Positions 54,501 to 64,000 of a stretch of DNA of 64,000 nucleotides are shown here, piece after piece (within the stretch, counting starts at the first letter, position 1; every line of letters begins with the position of its first letter). The stretch lies in the NCBI RefSeq assembly GCF_009914755.1, contig NC_060927.1, one strand, 5' to 3'. Source of the stretch: the human T2T-CHM13v2.0 reference genome, Homo sapiens. Under the pieces are notes generated by a model. It saw nothing but the letters and a program-made list of their open reading frames with translations. It had not been told where the DNA came from and ran no database searches. The position numbers were made by a program, and so were the translations under genes.

Positions 54501-55937
54501 GAGCATATGGCAACATATGCCCTTCACATCATTATGGTGTATTTATGCACTTCAAATTTTAAAAAGGAATCAGGAAATTAAGAATGCACTGTTTTAAAAA
54601 CTCTATGAATTAACCTTTTGTTGATTTGGGGTAAGGGGAGGAGGGAGCAGTGTTTAGCTCTTGGTCTTCTCAAATGGGTTCATTTTCGTAAATACTTTGG
54701 TCTAACATCTTCCATGATCTTTTATGGTGAAAAAAACATGCTAATTATAGAAGTCCTAATACACAAACACACACATACACACACAAAAACACACACACAC
54801 GACAAGGTAAACAAAAATCACCCAGAAATTTTGTTAACAATTTGATGTCTTTTCCCCATTCTTTTCTCTGCATATTTTTAAGTAATTGTTTTAAAATGTC
54901 AAATCCATTTTATATAGCTTTGAATCTGATTTCTCCTCCCTCCACTTAATACAGGATACGAGAAAATACAATTTTTTTTTGAAAATGCCGCCTTAAAGGC
55001 TGCGAAGAGCAACCTTGAATGGATGCTCTATAATTTACTGAACCAATCCCCTTTATTTGAGGGCTTAGGAAGTTGCCAATGTTTTGCTCTTATTAAATGA
55101 TGGTGACCATCCTTCTACCTCTGTCAGAACTCTGACAATTTCCTTTAGATACAATTCTAGAAACGAGACAACCGAGAAAAAAAGTGTTTTAGATGCTGAG
55201 ACTTAAATCCCTCTTGCCACATTGCCTTCCAAAAAGGTACTTGGGCTTCACGAGGTTATAGACATGTGTAGAAGGTGTTCCCAGCTTTCCGCAACGCTAG
55301 GGGAGTGCGGTAAGAGCGCGTGGCTGGCTGGCTGTCCCCGGAGCGTGCATGATGCTTCGGAGGAAACATTTATTTAAGAAAAACAAAACAAAACAGAATG
55401 ATTTGCATTTCCTGCTTTCTGTCGTTCCAAACTCAAACCAATCTCCTTATAAAAAATTTAAAGAAATGGCTCAAGATTCTCTTAACCTGAGTTTCAAACC
55501 GTTGATTTAAGTTTCGGATCTGAAAGTTGTATAACGAGTTTCTGTTGAATAAGACAATTTCCTACTCACTTTTTACACCTAAACGTAAGGTTTACTCACT
55601 AAGACGTCAGACCATTGACACTTCTCTCGAAGAAGGAGACCGCGTCCCCTGCGCTCTCAGAGCCGCAGCCTGGCCAACAAGGGTGAGGGTTGGGGGCTTG
55701 GCCGCCCCCGGGATGGGGCGAGGGGTTCCCGAGGGCTTGGGAGGGCGGCTTGGGAGAGAGCTCCGGCTCCGGAACGAGGTGTCCTGGGAACACTCCCGGG
55801 TCTGTAACTTCGGACAAATCACGCTCGCTTTCCCGGCCTCAGTGTGCCGTTCTGTAACTTGGGTCTAACCCCGGCTCGCACACACGGCGGGGACGCGCAC
55901 AGAGTTGGGCTGGGGCCGGGGCGCGGTGGGCACTCAC

Positions 55938-56058
55938 CTCCGCCGTACATCTGGCACAGGTACGGGAATCGCCACACGTTGCCCAGGCCCACGGCGTACG
56001 AGATGCAGGCGAACACGAACTGTAGCGAGTTGGCCCACAGCGGCCGCGCTTTCTCCAT
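55938..56058 (-). CDS. SLC6A20: SLC6A20 exon 1 coding part
   Basis: GCCATGG Kozak; [40 protein letters not shown] (SLC6 signature); G|gtgagt donor; 121 nt. Confidence 0.99.
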
Positions 56059-56196
56059 GGCCCCGGCCTCGGCGCGCTCGGCTCCGGCTCGGGGGTCCGG
56101 CACGGCAGTCTCAGTGCGCGGTCGCCAGGCGCGCCGTCCCACCCCGGCTCGGCTTGGGGGTGGCCCCGCGCCTCCGCCGCCGACGCAGCTAGCTGG

Positions 56197-56204
56197 TTTT
56201 TAAA
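56197..56204 (-). promoter_or_regulatory. SLC6A20: TATA-like element TTTAAAAA
   Basis: AT-rich patch inside the GC-rich core, ~140 nt upstream of ATG; would imply a TSS near 56175 (inferred). Confidence 0.55.
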
Positions 56205-56974
56205 TTGCTAATCTCATTAACGGCGCGCCCGTCCGAGAGGCGAGGCTGGTAAATGGATGACGGCGAGCCCCACCCCGCCCGATCGTCGCGGCCGGGAAGG
56301 CACCCGAGATTGCAGAGGACAGGGCGGAGTCCCCTGGGGTCCTCCGGCTCGGCGGGGCCTTTCTTCAGGCTGCGGAACTCCTCGAAGTGGGCGCCTTCCC
56401 TCGGCCACTCACCTGTCATTTATCGAGCGCCTACTGTGTGCCAGGCATTGTCTGGGGACACGGCTGTGAACCACTTCCCAGCTCCGTCTTGGAGCTGACA
56501 TTCTGGTAGAGGGAAACACTTGAATTGGACTGCATGAAATGCCCCATTTTCAACCATTTTTTAATTTATAGAAAGGACAATGTCATATGGTTCAACCTAG
56601 CCCACGTATAAGACTGAGAGACGCGAGGAAGACACCTAAGGCAAAGTAAAGGGGTAAGCAGTTGCGGGGGGTGGCCAGGGATGGTTAGGGAGGGCTTCTC
56701 AGAGGAGAGAACATAACATTTGCCAGGGGCCAGAAAGAAGTGAGGGACCTTCCCGGCAGTCCCGTCCCCTCCGTCCACCCAACAGCTTGGCCCTGCGTGC
56801 CTACTGGGTCCGGGGACGGAATCAGGTTTTGAACTGCTGTGGGGGACTCTACTGCTCAGGCCAGCCTAGGGGCCAGAAATTTTGATTCATTAGGCCAGGG
56901 TAGGGAACTAAGAAACCTCGTATTTCTGCCAGTCTTACAACGTGATTTGCTTGAGGGTGGTCACTAGATAAGAC

Positions 56975-57200
56975 AGAGCTTGGTGCTTTGCAGTAATGTG
57001 GAATCTGGGTTTGTATACCAACTCTGCTACTGACTTAGCTGTGTGACCTTGGACAAGGCACTTGACTTCTCTGAGTCTCTGTGTACTCCTCTGTAATGCT
57101 AACAGATATCTTCCCCTCTCTCCTGCCTGGCAAGGAAGAGCTCATGTGAGGATTAATTGGGAACTTAGCTTACTACCTGGCACAGAGTAAGTTCTCAATA
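56975..57200. mobile_element. MIR
   Basis: tagctgtgtgaccttggacaaggcacttgacttctctgagtctc MIR core. Confidence 0.8.
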
Positions 57201-57599
57201 AAGAGGCCATTACCAAGTCTCCAGCAGGCTGAATGAATGAATGGGTAACATATTAATACTAATGCCACGCTTTGAACAGTGCCTAATACATTGTAACAGA
57301 TAAGAAAATGCTAAATAATAATAATAAAATTTAAAAGAGATGAAAAGCAGAGTTGCTAGTGAAAATCTTACTTGAAGCCAAAATGAAATCAGTGCTCTAG
57401 GACAGCTCCTTGTTGGGCTTTCCCTGGAGTTCCTGCCTGTCTGGTCCCAGAGGAGAAGGGTGAGTAGGGTGAGGGAGGTGGAGGCTTCCTCAGACATATT
57501 ACCTGTCCTGGAACTTCCTACCTCGAAAAAGCAAAGCAGAAAAAAAAGGCAGCACAGCAGGAGAAACTACTTTAATTTTTTTAAACTTCAGATTCTAGA

Positions 57600-58830
<1,231 letters not shown>

Positions 58831-59519
58831 TGAGAATATATAAGACTCAGGCAAAATGAGTCTCAGCCATCCATAGATAGGGCTACCCGCCCTCCCCCTA
58901 CAAAGGACTCCTCACAGCAATGGCAGCAGACGGAGTGCCAGCATTTTCTTGTGCTGGTTCCCTGGGCTCCAATTCGACGGGGCTGCCTTTTTAAAGTGGT
59001 TTTGCATTGTTTAGGCAGAAGGCTTGTTGCTGCCTCCAGCTATCTGCTTGCATGTTCTTGTTCTCATATATGAGTTATTCCTAGAGGGTACCTGGCTATG
59101 CAGTGACCTTCAGGAACTGGGCACTTTGGAGAGATGCCTCACCTGGACCATGAGGCTGCTGGGACCTTGTTGGTTTGATGGAGGCAAGGCCTCTCTTTAA
59201 TTCCCTACCTCTGAGATCAGGCCAGCACCTCCTTCCATTCATACTGCTATACTCCCTGGGAGCCCATCCAGTATGTGAGACCCTGTGTGGTAGCTTTGGG
59301 CAGCACGAAGAATCACCCAGATAACCCCAAAGAGCAGTAAGTAAATGCAATGGGGCAGATAATCAGGGCTCCTGGTAGGGTCCCCATGACTTTCTGAAGC
59401 CTATGTGACAGCTCTCATCTGACAAGGCCAGTTGTGCTGCTGGGACTCATAGAGTGGAGAGGACAGGCCTGGAAGGGTTGGGGGGCTTCCGCAGAGAGCC
59501 AGCAAGACAGAGGGTGGAG

Positions 59520-60225
59520 AGGAGTGGTAGGCTGGCAGGTATGTAACCACTGGCTCTCTGCAGAAAAAGCTCTGATTTGTCACATTTGCCAATTTCTGTG
59601 GTGTAAACACTTTTACTATGACTTTTTTTTTTTTTTTTTTTTTTTTTTGACAGTGTTTTGCTGCAATGCCCAGGCTGGAGTGCAGTGTCACAATCTTGGC
59701 TCACTGCAACCTCCGCCTCCCGTGTTCAAGCAATTCTCCTGCCTCGGCCTCCTGAGTAGCTGAGATTACAGGTGCCCACCACCACGCCCGGCTAATTTTT
59801 GTATTTTTGGTAGAGATGGGGTTTCACCATGTTGGCCAGCCTGGTCTTGAACTCCTGACCTCACGTGATCCACCCGCCTTGGCCTCCCAAAGTGCTGGGA
59901 TTACAGGCATGAGCCACCTCACCTGGCCTTACTATGACTGATTCTAAGCTACCAAAGTGATGTCACTAAACGTGGAGACATGCAGTAGCACACCATTGTA
60001 CTGAGTCTCCACTATCCAGATCCAACAGGCATAGATAATAGTACAGTCAATAATTAGGAAGTGCCAAGTTTTGTGTATTTATTACCTCTGTTTTAAATAA
60101 CTTATTCAATTGCTAGCTTATGTAGTTTAATTCTTAGTGGCCATGTTTAACAACCAGCCCACAGAATTCTAGAAAATTTACCAGTTGGCTCTCAAGAGTG
60201 TGTGGCAGCTGGCTTTGGCATTCAG
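59520..60225. mobile_element. MER63-type hAT element split by an Alu
   Basis: atttgccaatttctgtggtgtaaacact..ttctaagctaccaa signature continues across the Alu. Confidence 0.6.
59623..59928 (-). mobile_element. AluS
   Basis: Full-length, long poly-T, TSD ttactatgact. Confidence 0.95.
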
Positions 60226-60914
60226 CAGGGGGATTGGGGCTAGGGAAATCACTTCTGCATGGCAGGGACAAGGGGAGTGAGTTCAGCTCAGTGGTGTCTG
60301 GTGCCCCATGGCAATGGGGTTTTCAGCTTAGCTGAGCCCCACTCTGAGTGCTCCTTGGGGCCTCCACTGCTAGTATGCAAGACACTGCCTGTGGACCGGT
60401 CTCACTGTGCCCCATGTCACTCAGGACAGACTTACCTGCAGGATAGAAGGCTAGCATGCCTTAGTTATCTGATTTCCGGAAGGGGTGGAGACACTGGGGA
60501 GGGCCCTGACTCAGTTGTATGGGTGTGGGCTCCTGGGCCCGTGCCAGGGTTCCTGATTACCCTGCCGACCATGAAGTTCATGCCACTTTCAATAATTTGC
60601 TCATCCTAGTGATGCCATTGTTACTTAACCACCCTCAGTGGCTCCCAGTCACCACAAGATAAAGTCCAAACTCCTTAGCCTGGTCTGTAAAGTTTTGAGG
60701 ATTTTTAAAATTGGGCCCTGAGGAATTTAACTCTTGCACACCTAGGCTCCAGGAGAAGCTAAACTTTTCACTTTCCGGAATGTGCATTTTTATACTTCTG
60801 GGATGTCTCTCAGCCAAGAGCACCTCTGCTTTCTCAACCCAGAAAAATCCTGTCCTTTCTCTTGACCCAGATGATTTATTACCTCTTTTTAAAATTTAAA
60901 TTTTAACACATTAA

Positions 60915-61038
60915 TTTTTTTAGAGATGAGGTCTCACTATGTTGTCCATGCTGGTCTTGAACTCCTGGGCTCAAGCAATGCTCCAGCCTCAGCCTCTTAA
61001 AGTGCTGGGATTACAGGCATGAGCCACTATGCTTGGCC
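60915..61038 (-). mobile_element. Alu left monomer (FLAM)
   Basis: tttagagatgaggtctcactatgttg...gcttggcc. Confidence 0.85.
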
Positions 61039-61130
61039 TTTTACCCTTTTTAAGAAGCCCCAGAACCCCATCTGCAGCTGGAATATATTGCTTGCTCTTC
61101 CCTGCCCCCGGGCCCTGGGTACATACCTGA

Positions 61131-61411
61131 CTTTTCTTTTTGAGACGGAGTTTTGCTCTTGTTGCCCAACCTGGAGTGCAATGGCTCACTGCAACCTCTG
61201 CCTTCTGGTTTCAAGCAATTCTCCTGCCTCAGCCTCCTGAGTAGCTGGGATTACAGGTGCGTGCCACCACACCTGGCTAATTTTTGTATTTTTAGTAAAC
61301 ACAGGGTTTCATTGTGTTGGCCAGGCTGGTCTCAAACTCCTGACCTCGTGATCCACCCGCCTTGGCCTCCCAAAGTGCTGGGATTACAGGTGCGAGCCAC
61401 CACGCCTGGCC
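61131..61411 (-). mobile_element. AluS
   Basis: Near full-length Alu. Confidence 0.93.
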
Positions 61412-62705
61412 CATAGCTGACTTGTAATGCCTGCCAGTGCTGTGCTGTCATGAAGAGTGCATCGTATGTGTCCCCTCTGGACTATGGCTCGCATCATGCC
61501 TTACTCATCCTTTTCTCCCTAGTGCCAGGTACATGGTTGAATCTCAATAAAAGTCAGCTGGTAAAGGAAAAACCTGCTGCAGATTCGAAGCATTTAAGTA
61601 CAAGTTCATTTCTGTTGTTCACAGCTTCGGCAACAGTCAGATGTCTGCATTTTAGAACATTTCTTCAGCACATTCAAGTTCTTGACATGACTGTTCTCCC
61701 TGCTGCCCAAAGCACTTGCTCGCTATCCCTCAGGGAGCACAAAGACTCACACAGTACAAATAGGAGTGTAGAAGCCAGCAGGAGGAGATTCTGCAAAGGA
61801 AATGCTGGGGCTGCTGTGGGGACTTGCCTAGCTCAGGTGGTGAAGGAGAACCTGTGTGTGCACGTGCACACATGTGTGCGTGTATGTATGTGTATGTGGT
61901 GCCAAGGAGGTGGGAATGCCCCAACTTTTCCCTGAACCCTGGGACTCTCTTGGCTGCAAGTGGAGCTTCTGACCTCAGAGCCCCGGTGTCTCAGAGCTGC
62001 CAAGCTCCTTGGAGCAATGCTCCTCAAACATCAGCGAATCCCCTGGGGGTCTTGGTCCAATGCAGATGCTGGCTCAGTAGGTCCGGGACGGCACCTGCGA
62101 TTCTGCATTTCCCACAAGCCCCCAAGGAATGGTGGTGCTGTTGGTCCAAGGCCCTCATTCCAAATCAGACCCATCGATACTCCCGTTCTCCAACCATGTT
62201 TGCCATTTTTGCCAATAGCCATATTTATCATGTTTGTGAACCATGTGGACTGTTATTTATTTATCATTTTTCTTTAAATTAATTCACTTTTCACTTCAAT
62301 ACATTTAAAAACAAAATTTTACATCACTACCATACACGTAAAGCTAGTGTTTTTAAAATTCATTTAAGATAAATTGAAGAAAATTTAAAAAGTTTAAATG
62401 TCTATGTCTGGTGCTGCCTCAAAACACCTTACGTACTCCCAGCGGCAGATGTCCCATATTGGGCACCACAGACCTTGCCCACGAACTGTGCCACAGAGCC
62501 CTAGAATTTCATGAATGTGCCTGTAGGACTGTGCCCAGGGCTTGGACAGGTTGGTGGGAATCCAACCAGAGTAGCCCCACCACCATATCTTGATATCCTG
62601 TATTGTGTTTCTGTGTGGAATTTTATTTGACAAAAAGTTAAGGTCCAAAACTATCAGAAACCCACTGCTGAGCCCATACATTTGTTTTAGAGAAGCCCTG
62701 GAGTT

Positions 62706-62892
62706 TGCTGTCCGATATGGTAGCCACTAGCCACATATCTTTACTTAACTTCAATTAAAATGAAGTACAATTAAAAATTCAGTTCCTCAGTCACATTTCA
62801 AGAGCACAATAGCCACATGTGGTTAGTGGCTACTGTCGGGACAGCACTTACATAGAACATTTCCATCACTGCAGAAAGTTCCATTGGACAGT
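62706..62892. mobile_element. MER3-type hAT remnant
   Basis: gctgtccgatatggtagccactagccacat...agaaagttccattggacag. Confidence 0.75.
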
Positions 62893-64000
62893 CCTGACTT
62901 GTGGAAGCTGGGAGAAGAATTTGGTGATAATGCTTGCCACAGTCTCTTGCATTCTGGGCCTGGACTGTGGGCAGCTGCTTGGGATAAAGTAATGTCCCTC
63001 ACACTGTCCCTTTGTTCTCAGAGAAGGAAAGATGGGACCTTCCTTCTCTCCTCTCCTCTGCCTCTCAAGATGCTGACCAGGGCATCATCTCCTGGCAGGA
63101 GGCCAGCTGTGCTGAAAGTGGCTCCATCCCTACAAGCTACTTCAGCTGCAAGATGGGAAACTCTAATACCATCTTTTGGACCCCAGTCCCTACCTCTCCT
63201 GCTGCCTTTCAGTCTCCTGGGCCCCAGAATGTGCTCTTTGCCCCACTGGTCCCCTGTCTCTGGCCCTCCCTGTTTTCCCAGTGCCTCCCTCTCTGGCCTG
63301 GCCTTCATGGTTGGTCAAGTCCACATATCTCCCTCTCACTCATCTTTGCCCTCTCTTCCTTTTGCTGTTTCTCAGCCCTGTGCCACCCAAACTTGAGGAT
63401 TTCTGGGCTCCCCAGACTGCTGCTAGGGACTTCTGGAAAGTCTCACAAAGCTATGACTGTATCTTCCGCAAGCATAGATTGTGAGGCCTCGGCAGGGCCT
63501 TGCTGTTGCTCACTTCTTTGTGATCCACGTCTGGCTGTGGTTCGTTCTTGTGGCCCTGGGGCAGGGTTCCCGATCTTCTCCATATGCCTCAAACTTTTCT
63601 TTCCATACTCCTCATCCCGCTGATGACATAATAAAGGTCTTGGGAATCCCCCAGATGGCTAAGGGAACTACCCCTAGGCTGGGCCTCTACCTGAGATTCT
63701 CCCTGCTGTCCAGTCACCTTGAGTGTGGGCTCCCACTCCCTCCTGGGCCTTCAGCATCCCTCCCGTCAGTCATTCCTCTCTCCCTAGCATTGCTGATGGC
63801 TTTTCTTTTCCTTTCCTTTCCCTTCCCTTCTTCCTCTCTCTCTCTTGCTGTTCGCATAAAGACATTCTCAGGTTCCACTAGAAGCATCTTTAAAAACTTC
63901 TAGATCTGCTTACCATCAATCTTTAGACAACTGTGTGGTCCACATTCCTTACCTTGGTTCCTCATCACACCATTCATTCCTTTACCTCTTACAAGGTAGT

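Larger units (their letters stand above)
55600..56470. promoter_or_regulatory. SLC6A20: CpG island / SLC6A20 promoter
   Basis: Dense CpG around exon 1; GC boxes CCCCGCCC (56273-56280) and GGGCGGAGT (56322-56330); boundaries by eye. Confidence 0.92.

Noticed and set aside
62884-63903. ORFs of 140-203 aa near the window end
   Set aside because: Pyrimidine-rich biased sequence, overlapping frames, no domain or splice structure

Overview
Human genomic DNA recognisable as 3p21.31. It holds the last intron, terminal coding exon and 3'UTR of SACM1L (+ strand). A ~10 kb TE-filled gap follows, then the complete 11-exon SLC6A20 gene (SIT1 imino acid/proline transporter, - strand, 592 aa, convergent with SACM1L), its CpG-island promoter and ~7.5 kb of repeat-rich upstream DNA. 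All 11 SLC6A20 exons were read off with GT-AG boundaries and consistent phases (1779 nt CDS). Codon 199 is ATG, so this haplotype carries the known T199M allele. Other content: a 7SL retropseudogene, about a dozen Alus, and many LTR, L1, L2, MIR and hAT remnants (family names are from memory of consensus sequences, not a RepeatMasker run). I see no new protein-coding system; nearly all track ORFs are TE or low-complexity artefacts. The best unexplained signals are: a perfect 5' splice site rebuilt at the exon 6/7 junction that could remove the extracellular loop 4 region in frame; a sense HERV-K LTR supplying a poly(A) signal in the 3'UTR; an NF-kB/STAT motif cluster in intron 10; two fold-back structures; and an in-frame upstream GUG in strong Kozak context.
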